From an uncultured virus (IMG/VR IMGVR_UViG_3300025771_003046) (lineage: Duplodnaviria > Heunggongvirae > Uroviricota > Caudoviricetes): DNA of 64,000 bases. Shown piece after piece: positions 50,501 through 59,394 of this stretch. The position numbers were made by a program, and so were the translations under genes. Within the stretch, counting starts at the first letter, position 1; each line of letters starts with the position of its first letter. The notes under the pieces are model-generated. The model was not told the origin of the DNA. It made no database searches and saw only the letters and a program-made list of their open reading frames with translations. The stretch is from IMG/VR virus record IMGVR_UViG_3300025771_003046; one strand, written 5' to 3'.

Positions 50501-53500
50501 TTTTTTGTTTTTAAACTAAAACTATTGTTGTCTCTTAAAATACTACTAAATTTTTGCCTTAACGGTAAACCTTGTTCTGATAATAACGAATAGTCGTAAA
50601 ACTCATCATATATATCATCTACTACTGCAAAATCTTTCTTAAATTCTAATGCATATGCTCCCGGGCTTAACGAAAGTATTGTACCAGAAGCCCAGCCTTC
50701 AGACGTCCAAATAACAAACTCTTGAAGTGCATTATTCCAATTTTCTATAGTATTAAATTTATCATTAAAATAGTCAAAAGTAAACCCTGTTGATTTTAAA
50801 TATTCTTGATATCCTAACAAGAAATCACAAACTTCCTGAGTACTTGTAAGTTTTGTGCCGTAGTTTAAATTAGAAATCTTTGTTTCAAACGTGGATTTAA
50901 TAACTACAGACTTTCCTCCGTTTACCGGTAGATTGTCTAGTTTAAAATGAACATTAGTATCAAAGACGCTATCACTAGTATAATTAGACGACACTCTATA
51001 ATATTCGTTTTTATACTTGACTACTTGTCCTTTTATATATTTTTTATTTTCAGTCCAATCTGTACTTGGCTCTGGATCACCACCAAATGTAAACTCTCTA
51101 TCGCCCTGTCTAGTTAATGGTTTAAAATATTTAAAATTAGGATTATTAAAGTTGTATCCTTTAACAATATATCCATCTGTTGCTTTTTCTATTATTACAC
51201 CACTATACACAATTACATCTATAGGTGAACTAGTATTTAAAAATACATCATAATTTTCTTGGGGAATAAAAATACCCGACGGTTGATCATTTGTAGGTGA
51301 TTTACTATCTAATATAATGCTTAGTTTGTCTTTGTCTGTAAATCCTGCTAATTTAAATCCTAACTGATTGTTTATATTTTTTAAATCATACTGATAATCA
51401 TCATACAATGCATATACATTTGATCCGATTAAATTATGCACAAAATTTACAAGTCCACTAGTAAACACACGTGAATTTTGATTTACTGTATTTGGTAATG
51501 ATAACGATGCTAAATTAACTTGTTTTTGAGTACTTAGATATACGTTTTGATTTGCATTATTTTTTACTGTTCTTGATGTATCAAAAGCCATAGACATAAA
51601 ATGTGCAGGTTTATTAAGTAGCATTGCTTTTACTAATGCAAAACAATAAGAACTACTTCTACGCCATGCAGTTTCTACTGGAGAATGATCACCAAATTTG
51701 AAAGGTTTGCCTAAATCTCTAAACACAATATTTTCAATATGACCTGATTCAGCCGGTGACTTTAATTTACCTTGAGAATCTACTGGTACAAAATTAAGTA
51801 GTCCGGGTCTAGCATATAAAGGATTTATTTTAGTACCATTAGGATCTTTTATAGTGCCTGTTTCTAAATCTTTCCACAATACTATGTTATCAGATGTATA
51901 AGGTGATGCACCATATTGTGTTTCCCACCATTCTGGCTTAATACTAAATCCTAACATTTCCCACGGATGTGTATGTGGACGGTCAGTGTCATATGCATTT
52001 ATGTAAACGCCTCTCCAAAATCCCTCTACCGACTTTCCATTTTGATTTACAGATGTGCTATAATTGTATGTAAACGTATTATCTACATTATAAAAGTCAT
52101 TTTTAGTATAATCGGATATATTAGATCCTTGCATCCATTGAATAAAATCTTTTATCAGTATGTCGTTAACTTTATCTGAATTAATATAACTGTTTCTATA
52201 TGATCCTGATATAAAATTGTGTATATTAACTAAGGTTTTAGTATAATCGATCTTAATATTATTATAGATACGTTTTTCAAAATCTAATAACAAGTTATCT
52301 CTAAAGTCTTTATATGCTCTAATAAAACTACCGTCGTGACCTCTTATTAATGCAATTACAGGATATTCTTCATAATCGGTATTTGGTGCTACGCCCTTTT
52401 TAACTAAAGACTTTGGTGCATAAAAGTATACTGGTAGACCGTTTAACTTTATTGTTTCTACTTCGCCATTGGCATCAGCATCTCTTGCTGTACTTCTATC
52501 AATATATAACGGATAAAACCATCCTTGTGTAGTATGATTATTTTCTAATTGTCCATAACATGTATAGGCTAAAGTTGTATTAATTTCATCATCATTAACA
52601 AATGTATCATCAATTGTAATTTCTGGATGATAACGAGGATACATTCCTAATTTTGTAGGTGTTGGCGGAACAAATGCTCCATCAGTATTGTCGTATTCAT
52701 ATATTTCTAATATATCACCTGTTTGCTGAACAGAATCTAGATTAATAAATCCTTCATCTGTAAAATTATAATCGAGATTATAAATTAATTGTTTTCCGTT
52801 AAGATAAACATTAACTGATTTTTCTGATAGATTCGATAAATTAAATTTCTTAGATAATCCGTAAAACTTATCATCTTTATCAAATATAGTATGTACAATT
52901 TTATTTGTTGTATTATATCCTAACATGTCTGAGAAATAGAAAGGCTGTGTTTCAGTTTTATCTTTATTAATTTCTTGTAAAACTTTATCTAAATGAAGTT
53001 TTGTTTCGCCGTCAAAGCCTAAATTAGTTGCAGTATTAATAACCTCTCTTTTAAACTTCTCATATTCTTTTGCATTATATTCTATAGCATTAACAATATT
53101 AAATTTCTTACTAGTTAAGTGATATAGCGGTAAATTTAAAGGACCTGTATGTTTAATAAATCTTTTTCCAAATTTATCAATATCTCCTAAATCTCGCAGA
53201 TTACTGTTACCTGGAAACACACCGTCAAATTCTTGCAAATCTTCTACCATTGATAAAACTTGATCAGCAACTTCGCCAAATGTAAAACTTGTAATTTCTT
53301 CATTTAACGGATTTTTTTCTAAATTTAAAGGTATTTCATAAAATCCATTGTCATTTTTATCAGCAGCAGAAGTAGTCTTTATTACAACACTGTCATTTTC
53401 GTTTAAGTCGTTAGTAAATATTACCGTTGCTTTAGAATCCTGTCTATAAATTGTATAATCGGTAATTTCTTTTTGTATATTATTATTAACAAATACACTT

Positions 53501-55758
53501 ACAACTAAATCATTTAAATCACCAGGAGCATTGTAAACATCAATAGCAAAATTATTTGCAGCATTAAGTGTAGCAATATAATGTCTAACTACTTTCTGAC
53601 GTGTTTCCATAGGTGTACTTGACCAACCATTTGCATATTCAAATTTGTCTAAAGCAGAATATTTTTTAAGGAAAGATGTATCTGTACTAAGTGTTACAAC
53701 CGATTCACCGTCCTCGTAACTAAAGGTGTCTGTTAGTAGATTAAAATCAAATACAATATCGCCGCTATTTTCTATGTTACGATATGTAAGAGGAAATCCT
53801 AACTCTGGGTCTGCTGTTCCTCTACCTTCTTTATATGAGAATATTTTTGTTCCTTGGAATGTACTACTATTAAATAATTCTAAGTCACCATAATACTTTC
53901 CATCAGCATCATATAGACAGAATAAAGGTTGTTGGTTAGTTTTTGTTTTTTGTTGTGTTTTAATCCAATCTGTTCCATTATAATAGTAAACAATACCCTT
54001 GTTATTACTTCCAGATTTTATAAGTACATTTTCATCTAATAAAGGTGCAGTATCTTCTGATTCTATAAGTGTAATCAAAACATCATTATCTATCTTAACT
54101 TTTTTAACTTCAAATATTTTGTCTTTTACTAGTTTGTCTGTATCTTTTGTAAAGATAATTCTCATACCCTCTACAATATTCACACCATCAATATTATATC
54201 CTAATGAACCTTCAACCTCGCTAAAAACATCAGTAGTAAACGTATCTATTAGATCTACATCTTTTTTAATTTTTGTGCCAAATTTAAATAATCTTAGCCC
54301 TGGCTCAAATTCGATGATAGGTCTTTTTGCTTTACCCGACTCGTCGATTGCTTCATTAGAATGATTGTATTCGTTTGTCTTTTGTAAAACGGTCTTATGA
54401 AACCATCTGTTTGCTCTTGACCAACTGTTTCCGTCAATACTTTGTCTGCCAATTACAATATAATCTTTTGTTGTTGAATAATTTTCAGCATTATCGAACG
54501 GTAACTCATCAAAATCGTTTTTATCAAAGTCTAAAGGACGATCTGTAGAATTTGTTTGAATTACATTAAGAGACTCCTGTGGTACTAGCTTAATTGCAGA
54601 ACCTACTCCTTCTACATAATAATTGCCTTCAGCGTATTTTTCAGGACTAGTTTGTCCTCTAAAATTAACTTTTAATCCGTTTGTAAATTCTATTCCATTG
54701 GCACTAGTGTATTTTCTTGTGCCGATAATATCATCTTCAACATCTAAGAATGTGTTTTCCTCAATGTCGTAAATTCTTATTACACCACTTACATTTATAT
54801 CATTTTTTGATATGTAGTAAAGTCTATCAGGAGAGTTAAACGGAATTGTAAATTCTATTTTACCTTTTTCAAGATAAACGTTTGCAACTTCTTCGCCATT
54901 TTCTCCTAACTTACGAATACCGTCAGGGTATAATGTTGAAACACTTTCGTCATCTTCAAACGTTACACTACCTTCATTTGGTAATACTAACCAATCGCCG
55001 GTGTCATATGTTGATCCGAATAAATCAACTCCAAATTTACCATCATCTTTGATGCCTTCTGTTGTAGCAACTACAACTGCTTCACCTGGCTTAAAACTTT
55101 TTGTTAGAGCAAATGCTAACGGATGTCCTTCTGTATCTATTTCAAAAGTATATTTTTGACCTCTATATAATCTTAGTGTAGGATTTCTTTCCAACTTAGT
55201 ATTAAACTGAAACGATGCATCACCGTCAGCATCATCAACTGTAATAGTATATGTACTTTGAACTTCTCTAGACTGGCCTTGTACAGCAACCGAATTTGGT
55301 CCATCAGGTAACCAGTAGTATTCTCTAAAATTAACAAATTTGTCCCAATCAATATTTGGGTTCCACGGATAACTTACTTGTGCATTAATATTACTGTGAT
55401 TACTAGTATCTACATTATAATATTTTAGTTGGTTTATATAGTCATTATAATCTTTATAAAAAGTTACATTATCTAAACTGTCTTTGATAACAGTTGCTGG
55501 TTCTAATTGGTAGTTTTCTCTATCTTTACTAGCAGGATCGCCGATGTAATTATCTGTAGATAAAAAACTTTTAGCAACTTTACGTCCAAAGTATCCACTA
55601 ATCTTTTCTGCAACTCCAGGTTGTATAAGTTGATCCACAGTAGATTGTAAAAACTTTTGATTTGCTTCTGAACGAAAAAATCTAGGTAAAAATCTAGCAC
55701 TCTGTCTTTTATCGTCATCTGGAGTAGGTAGTCCAAATTCTCCTTGTATATCGGCCAT
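41587..55758 (-). CDS. Giant (4723 aa) virion/baseplate structural protein
   Basis: Uninterrupted 14.2-kb ORF coupled to the gp6-like gene; contains FG-GAP-like propeller blades, CBM5/12-like modules and ITxxxIxxxGxxY repeats. Confidence 0.8.
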   Translation of the reverse strand: MADIQGEFGLPTPDDDKRQSARFLPRFFRSEANQKFLQSTVDQLIQPGVAEKISGYFGRKVAKSFLSTDNYIGDPASKDRENYQLEPATVIKDSLDNVTFYKDYNDYINQLKYYNVDTSNHSNINAQVSYPWNPNIDWDKFVNFREYYWLPDGPNSVAVQGQSREVQSTYTITVDDADGDASFQFNTKLERNPTLRLYRGQKYTFEIDTEGHPLAFALTKSFKPGEAVVVATTEGIKDDGKFGVDLFGSTYDTGDWLVLPNEGSVTFEDDESVSTLYPDGIRKLGENGEEVANVYLEKGKIEFTIPFNSPDRLYYISKNDINVSGVIRIYDIEENTFLDVEDDIIGTRKYTSANGIEFTNGLKVNFRGQTSPEKYAEGNYYVEGVGSAIKLVPQESLNVIQTNSTDRPLDFDKNDFDELPFDNAENYSTTKDYIVIGRQSIDGNSWSRANRWFHKTVLQKTNEYNHSNEAIDESGKAKRPIIEFEPGLRLFKFGTKIKKDVDLIDTFTTDVFSEVEGSLGYNIDGVNIVEGMRIIFTKDTDKLVKDKIFEVKKVKIDNDVLITLIESEDTAPLLDENVLIKSGSNNKGIVYYYNGTDWIKTQQKTKTNQQPLFCLYDADGKYYGDLELFNSSTFQGTKIFSYKEGRGTADPELGFPLTYRNIENSGDIVFDFNLLTDTFSYEDGESVVTLSTDTSFLKKYSALDKFEYANGWSSTPMETRQKVVRHYIATLNAANNFAIDVYNAPGDLNDLVVSVFVNNNIQKEITDYTIYRQDSKATVIFTNDLNENDSVVIKTTSAADKNDNGFYEIPLNLEKNPLNEEITSFTFGEVADQVLSMVEDLQEFDGVFPGNSNLRDLGDIDKFGKRFIKHTGPLNLPLYHLTSKKFNIVNAIEYNAKEYEKFKREVINTATNLGFDGETKLHLDKVLQEINKDKTETQPFYFSDMLGYNTTNKIVHTIFDKDDKFYGLSKKFNLSNLSEKSVNVYLNGKQLIYNLDYNFTDEGFINLDSVQQTGDILEIYEYDNTDGAFVPPTPTKLGMYPRYHPEITIDDTFVNDDEINTTLAYTCYGQLENNHTTQGWFYPLYIDRSTARDADANGEVETIKLNGLPVYFYAPKSLVKKGVAPNTDYEEYPVIALIRGHDGSFIRAYKDFRDNLLLDFEKRIYNNIKIDYTKTLVNIHNFISGSYRNSYINSDKVNDILIKDFIQWMQGSNISDYTKNDFYNVDNTFTYNYSTSVNQNGKSVEGFWRGVYINAYDTDRPHTHPWEMLGFSIKPEWWETQYGASPYTSDNIVLWKDLETGTIKDPNGTKINPLYARPGLLNFVPVDSQGKLKSPAESGHIENIVFRDLGKPFKFGDHSPVETAWRRSSSYCFALVKAMLLNKPAHFMSMAFDTSRTVKNNANQNVYLSTQKQVNLASLSLPNTVNQNSRVFTSGLVNFVHNLIGSNVYALYDDYQYDLKNINNQLGFKLAGFTDKDKLSIILDSKSPTNDQPSGIFIPQENYDVFLNTSSPIDVIVYSGVIIEKATDGYIVKGYNFNNPNFKYFKPLTRQGDREFTFGGDPEPSTDWTENKKYIKGQVVKYKNEYYRVSSNYTSDSVFDTNVHFKLDNLPVNGGKSVVIKSTFETKISNLNYGTKLTSTQEVCDFLLGYQEYLKSTGFTFDYFNDKFNTIENWNNALQEFVIWTSEGWASGTILSLSPGAYALEFKKDFAVVDDIYDEFYDYSLLSEQGLPLRQKFSSILRDNNSFSLKTKNTDSGIYNLALPLVQKEHVVIIDNETVFNDKIYQPRTGYRQERLKVLGYRSDNWLGGLNIPGFIYDDTHVTEWTRWQDYNIGSVVKYKEYYYVANNEVAGSYNFEFTNWVRLNEKPESKLIANFEYKINQFADFYDLDTDNFDLEQQKMAQHLIGYQKREYLSNIIQDDVSQYKFYQGYIQDKGTMNALDKLFNSIRGQGLEFYEEWALQVGKYGSTDNIKQIEIPITQSNLRESPQSIEFVEYLPEETFDKTYRVRPFDLLDKPQDFNVNTFPTTTNKEYILSGGYVHEDDIDFKTAAITDLKDVDINQMNIEQYIWVTFENPNNWNVYQIIDLEVNSASLSVFATPDESNQYYATITLTENQGFNLESGDYVAIVGAQLYNVFSFYEVISYIDNQIFIRVSEDNNIIDFDSENFDIYTIKKVRASNFEEFNTIARESKFESQRVWIDNYAGENRWAVLENTPSYKVLGSIVNPEDPEDSTNLEVFTDYASDFAISSNNKDLFLSSPESGNGKVFYYTRNREDTAHEFVQTFTSLELPFSTENAKYGKSVSVSDDGEFLAIGIPGASQIKTKYKGDYVSNVLYSKRDIVKYKESLWRANRNIVQEGTTQTFETYDSYINIESRIDQDSTNLTLLSQAYPGLGSTSGNDHILVRAPLAQHIATTTGDYIRLKWNELSYVNGSLTSVYKPWNDTLSTFGISTDFVSGWHRIQEKITRIIIINDYLRTVDTGDIVQSSTGSATVAKVKATSTDLMIYLKDEKGTFDTTDFLNLYDFANDLTAPIGTYTEVTLGETSEEFGLWLIDSPVYTSTNTPFETGKGLVYLDVLEASNYNAGTQTRIDYVNVLDTVNSIGEVNLARDRVNIIDQLTYNDPDNGIVLSDKWIVRVPTNLSNSVSSNLVGIGSSSNPSYEFYMYNYENAIDVSASGITHAITNKTQTVYDVWDGYIDIDFSGYTNFEGTIYGLKVGDVIQDVQRPLDINGQPSTNPTPTDHEATIVYIKRNTGVDFQKVRVYIKINSGLWDLEPNIAQVQILRLAGTTTDGTVREVNRLIGEINDFNADTVVPSGDAGKFLVFEADNDFAYSQYSEIFDQEYYFYTVLTQTLASEITASAPSSLNLDWSQIYHIETNEAGNPSLNGVGAVAIYSKSGINNYVLNQVLVSEFNFNVLNENFGKKVKILNSNNGYKLCVSSKGSGTEENSGIITFFEHGPIDVTNYRGKYNSNENYVIGETVSNEGRYYRARTTLTSDNDIDDSNSWEDISWRRTTDEKYRGTIAINSEYGKGSVVLYNNGLYKAKTNIITSATIGDLSTDASWTAVDNNVEYIGYIPWITSSLITGDAQFDNTDIVLFSDDFIVSENANILITKISQTGNSIALVVYVLDNGRYRYQQTIDDTDGNVGFATSFKLNPQGNKLAVSRTLDGIGSVHIYNFVSGQFDVNNPQIITPPSVFTTKKFGYTLSFGEENLAIGSLDARVFIDDSTDFIVNGIFTPEVYDQGVVYYYEEVNNNLIFAERITYGVIDDNAEQNVKINGNHLYIGASAQDNNQYQGEFFNYRKTYDAKTWTVTRQISDPVDIKKIKSAFLYNKTRDEIVSYLDFIDPIQGKIAGPAEKNITYKTPYDPASYNVGDAADTVFWSDDHVGKIWWDISKCKFTYPYQKSIQYQKDNWNELQPDASVDVYEWVESVYLPSTWDELSNLPEGSTLGISGTTLYGDTQFSKRFIYDNDSQTFSEIYYYWVRNKNSVPKTDTNRTISALDIARLIATPREQGYRFISFLSSNGISLNNCDSLITNDDIVLNIRYHIQDNRNQNEHDAYQILSDGLKNSAPHPIIETKWFDSLIGFDKSDRTIPDPALLEKNRYGIQNNPRQGMFKNRVEALKNLVDRVNIVLENNNIVDNIDMQRLNLVDELPTINSGLFDVTFNNETELTSINSKIKTPILKPVITNGKITNVQILDPGRGYKVPPTYTINGIGQDANFEIEINNLGQITRVNLTNNGSNYDNNTSITVRAYSALVITDNTLSDNSWAIYRYNSTEETWQKTRVQSYSVPRYWQYIDWYAAGYNALSKVDHYIKGTYQIEGTNAKLGQIIKVENVGTGGWLLLKRKSTTDNEDFTQVYDTIGRQNGTIKLLPSLYGVNSSTGFDNRSFDNFSFDKDPRIELRIILEAIRDDIFVGNLQNEYNQLFISSLRYILNEQRSVDWFFKTSFVKVKHHASTLEQDITFNVDNLDNYKSYIEEVKPFKTVLREFISNHTKTEETNTSVTDFDLPTYYDDIKEKIVPNNVKITNGEIVTTDDNITEYPRRNWLDNVGFEITDIKITNSGTEYTTKPAVEVIGGGGSGAVIEAFIGYGNITGLKIVYPGEGYTSIPTIQIAPPPNSEGVQATAYPVLGRSKPRTIRSTIKFDRNWPVLTQSVNTLEHTQSFTGTGTQTVFDLEWPMQVLNSTYVVYINNTEVLSGQYSVTNIQDMSKGYTRYKGRVVLSTPAGVGDTVTIVYNKSLEILNAIDRIKFAYNPNDNMISKDAAQLMDGIDYAGVQIDTLDFGTARGWGNGEWTDFDYDTDEELEDLIVELDGSSTSIILPRALELDVSYNIYRIGIDSNDNIFSNIRHDDENFGTAQQSNLNATCQTLVGDGETQVINLNDLGIMTAIREGESYVKIVVRKVTSDGSILPYGATYDTDISGGDLNYLNASGQRPEDIIIDGDNFVTPESAKSVEELVPGQVQDTLDMQVTTKGEDSAVYSYRIFKDITNNTTYKRIDSPTTKLSKELTQYDLQIEVKDATNLPEPDRELNLPGVLWIGKERIEYLVKDENRLRLIRRGTLGTGVRDVHPLGTPVYDQSRTKNITYEDVTQTQTVDSADVSSVASTFELGFIPNSVDEFEIFINGIRLTGKTSKLYNPNIAQDSPEGDEDVAADFTLSYVIENDTPVQAIIDITNSSLLEFATRNIVVTRKKGSMWNVIGESITETETSIGFFLRSGN

Positions 55759-58700
55759 TAGTAACTATATCCTCCGCCATTTGAATTATTCGAACTTCCA
55801 GAGTTAGGCGAACTTACACTACTACTCGAACTTGAATTACCGGTGCTTGTTGCACTTGTGTTTGCTGTATTTGATGTAGTAGATACAGTTCTACTTTGTA
55901 CTTCAGATGTTGACGTAGTAATAGTTGTTACTACATTTCCTGATGCTTGTAAATTATCAGCTGTTAGTTTGTCAACAATTTCTATATTATCAACTGTGGC
56001 AGCACTAATAAATATTTCGTCTGATTCGGCACTTATTTCAAATAAACTACCAAATGTCTGTGTCGATCTTTTTGGTACAACAACTATACTCAACAAAGTT
56101 GGACTTAACACATTCATTATATAAGAACTAAGTTCTTGGAAGTAAAATGTGTCTCCAAAATCCCAATTTTCAATTTGAAAAAATTGATTTATTAAATCAA
56201 TAATTTTACTCTTTAGTTCATTGTTGTTAATGGCAATTCTATCATTTTTTACAATTTTAAATGTTACTTGAAGATCTTCGTTAGCTTTATCGCCAAACAG
56301 CATTTTATACTTTACTGGATGAAATACAACTTCGTCACTTATACTTTTTATTTGATAAATTTCAGACCCGTAGTTTCTAAATAACTCGTCAGTGCTAGGT
56401 GGTAAAGGCTTTACACTAAGACCACCGTTAATATATGCTCGCATTGCTTGATCATACGATTTAACAAGCAAAAACGTATCTAAAATATTAGAAGTTGCTG
56501 GATCAATTCTATAATTAGAATCAGAAACATGTACATAATGAAATTTTAAATTATCTCTACCTATAAATGCTTTATAGTCATTTATAATACTAAGATTATT
56601 TTGAGTTTTATTTAATACCTTAAATAAATCAAAATCAGAAAAGTAAAAAATCTGTCCATCATCAAAATTTACATAAGAACCTAATTCTGAGTCATTAGCA
56701 AATTCAGTATTAATAGTACCATTGCTATTATCAAAATATCGTTGTGAAATGATGTTATCTTTTTTAGTAATTTTCTGGAATATATATTTGTCATTGCCGA
56801 TAATATCATTGAACACTCCTAGATTATCAGCTATACCATCCGAATCACTGTCAACAAATTTTAACTGTATTTTAGTATTATCAACGTAGCCAAACGAGTC
56901 AGTATATGAATCAGAAATATGCCAAACAAAATCGTTATTAAATGCTATATTGTTTAATTGATCAGGTTGTGTGTTAATATTTAAAACAGTAATTTTGTCT
57001 TGTTGTACTTGATTAGTCTTAGGATCGTATACTTTGTTATTACCATCATAGAAGAATTTTATTTCGTCTTTGCTTTCAAAAATATATCTTATGTTTCTAT
57101 AATTAACTGTATATTGTTGTCCGTTAGTTTTAAAATAAAATATCCAGCTCGAATCTAAGTTAGATGAAAGAGTACTACCGGCGTTTTGCAAACCAAATTT
57201 AGAAGTTGTATTAATGTCTTCTGATTTTATAAGTTTCCATTGAGCACTATTTTGATCATATCGTATGCCAAAATCTTTGTAAGAAAATGCTCTATCTATT
57301 ATTTGAGTTTTTAAATCTGCAGATAATGCTAATGCATATTTTGGCAGTATTTCTACTAATAAAGAACCATTAGGAATTACGTCATTAAATGTAATAGGTC
57401 CTTGACCTGTTATTGTGTTTAGCGTCCCGTCAGCATCGACTGATTGTACCGAAACCCATTTATATGTAGAGGAACCTGGATGGTCAGCTGTACCTGCCAT
57501 TATTGTATCGCCCATAAAGTGATACCCTGTAGGTGCTTCAAATTTACACAATGCTCCTGCTTGTAAATTTTTAAGTGCATTTACTGTGTAAGTTCCTACT
57601 GGGTAAATGTTATCATTGTCGACGTTGTTTCCGCTAGGTGTAGAAAATATTTCGCCGCTGTCAAGAGTCTTTTCAAAATAACCAGTAGATGCATTTGTAG
57701 TTGATGTAACTTGTTTCCAATATGCTTGTAAATCGATTGTGCTTTGTTTAAAGAAATTTGCAATATAAAAATTTCTTATATTTGGAGACTTAATCCTAGG
57801 TTCAATGTCACTATATAATATGCCTTCAATATCAGATTGTGTTACAAACGAAAAATTAAAACTATCTGTGAATTCTTCTTTATATAATACTCCGTCATTA
57901 CCGTATAAATTTGTTGCTGAGTACTTACCGCTTGGATCTCGTAAATCTAAATACCTACTTATTCCACTTGATATTCTATTTACAGTTCGTGTTTTAATAA
58001 TATCCTGATCAATCCCTAAAGGACCAATATTATAGTCTTCAGCAGTTATTAGTCTGTTTTGTGTATAGTAAGTTGCTGGAGCATTTTGTTTTATATCTGC
58101 ATCTGTTTCAGACGGTCTTGCATTAGTTACAGAAGTTTTTAATCCTAGTGTAATTGTCAGTGTTTCTTGTCTATTAATTTTACTTACGTAAGGAATTTCG
58201 ATTGTTACATTACTAATAGTGTTAGGGTTAATTACCATATTTCTATTATCACTAGTTCTATAATACAAACGAAATTTACCTGCAGGTAAATTACCAAATA
58301 CACCATCACTAAACACAAGATTTACTCTGTCATTTACTCGAGTAGTAACTGCATAAACATTTTTGTTATTAGCAAATAAACTGTTATAAATTATGTTGTT
58401 ACCTTCAACCGAATCAAGTTTTGTCCATAAATCAAGTTCAAAACCATTGGTGTCAATACCATATAGCCATAAATCAGAATTATTAATATTTGAATTATCA
58501 ATAGCAACAGTTTGATTTGGAATTGGGTTAGTAATATCAAACACAGCACTATCCATTGTACCTTGTCTAAAGTGCATAAAAAATCCTGTATTTGAACTTC
58601 CGGCGCCTTGACCGTCATTTCTATACACAAACGATGGACTAACTCCAGGTAATGGTGGTTCTTCAATTATTGAATCTTCGCTTATAATTGTACTTGTAAC

Positions 58701-59339
58701 TTCGAATTTAGTAGATATACCCTCTACTACAGCTTCAAAATTATATATCGGAACATCTGCATTTAACGCATTAAATGTATATTGCTCAGTAGTAATATTT
58801 TGTAAATTTGCAATGTTAGATGGATTTCCAATAGAGTTTTCACCTGGCAATGCAGAATTTAAAATTTTATTAAATTGTTCAAAATAATTAGGATTTGATC
58901 TGTCATTCCATACTACAGTTTTATTGGCTAAATTATTACCGTTAGTATCAATAATACCTTCAGTAGTTGATACACTATCAAACTTTAATAGTCCGTTGGC
59001 TGCTTTGTTCCTTGTAGGATTATACGAAATTAATCTAGCTAATCTTAGAACACTTTCTCGACGTTCTGCTGTTTCTAAAAAGTTTTCTCTAGCATTTAAG
59101 TCAATTCTGAAGGATAAGTTTTGTCCTAAAAATGCAATTAAATCGATTAGCGCAAGATATTCTGAACTTTCAATATAATCATTAAAGTCTTCTGGGTAAT
59201 TTTGACGTAGGTAATTAATCATTGTCCTACGTAAGTTGTCAAAGTCGTAACTTTGAAAGTCTGCATTACGAAAAGACTGATAAACTCGTTTCCAATCTTC
59301 TGTTGCTAATAATCGCGATTGCCTATCAGTTGATGACAT
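55758..59339 (-). CDS. Baseplate wedge subunit, T4 gp6-like
   Basis: YDFDNLR...FNDY...ENFLETAERRESVLRLARLISYNP and ETDADIKQNAP..YYTQNRLITAEDY; AAGGA before ATG 59339. Confidence 0.88.
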   Translation of the reverse strand: MSSTDRQSRLLATEDWKRVYQSFRNADFQSYDFDNLRRTMINYLRQNYPEDFNDYIESSEYLALIDLIAFLGQNLSFRIDLNARENFLETAERRESVLRLARLISYNPTRNKAANGLLKFDSVSTTEGIIDTNGNNLANKTVVWNDRSNPNYFEQFNKILNSALPGENSIGNPSNIANLQNITTEQYTFNALNADVPIYNFEAVVEGISTKFEVTSTIISEDSIIEEPPLPGVSPSFVYRNDGQGAGSSNTGFFMHFRQGTMDSAVFDITNPIPNQTVAIDNSNINNSDLWLYGIDTNGFELDLWTKLDSVEGNNIIYNSLFANNKNVYAVTTRVNDRVNLVFSDGVFGNLPAGKFRLYYRTSDNRNMVINPNTISNVTIEIPYVSKINRQETLTITLGLKTSVTNARPSETDADIKQNAPATYYTQNRLITAEDYNIGPLGIDQDIIKTRTVNRISSGISRYLDLRDPSGKYSATNLYGNDGVLYKEEFTDSFNFSFVTQSDIEGILYSDIEPRIKSPNIRNFYIANFFKQSTIDLQAYWKQVTSTTNASTGYFEKTLDSGEIFSTPSGNNVDNDNIYPVGTYTVNALKNLQAGALCKFEAPTGYHFMGDTIMAGTADHPGSSTYKWVSVQSVDADGTLNTITGQGPITFNDVIPNGSLLVEILPKYALALSADLKTQIIDRAFSYKDFGIRYDQNSAQWKLIKSEDINTTSKFGLQNAGSTLSSNLDSSWIFYFKTNGQQYTVNYRNIRYIFESKDEIKFFYDGNNKVYDPKTNQVQQDKITVLNINTQPDQLNNIAFNNDFVWHISDSYTDSFGYVDNTKIQLKFVDSDSDGIADNLGVFNDIIGNDKYIFQKITKKDNIISQRYFDNSNGTINTEFANDSELGSYVNFDDGQIFYFSDFDLFKVLNKTQNNLSIINDYKAFIGRDNLKFHYVHVSDSNYRIDPATSNILDTFLLVKSYDQAMRAYINGGLSVKPLPPSTDELFRNYGSEIYQIKSISDEVVFHPVKYKMLFGDKANEDLQVTFKIVKNDRIAINNNELKSKIIDLINQFFQIENWDFGDTFYFQELSSYIMNVLSPTLLSIVVVPKRSTQTFGSLFEISAESDEIFISAATVDNIEIVDKLTADNLQASGNVVTTITTSTSEVQSRTVSTTSNTANTSATSTGNSSSSSSVSSPNSGSSNNSNGGGYSY

Positions 59340-59394
59340 AAAAATTTCCTTCAATAATGTTTATATTTATGCAAGGAAATAATAGTATCTGTTA

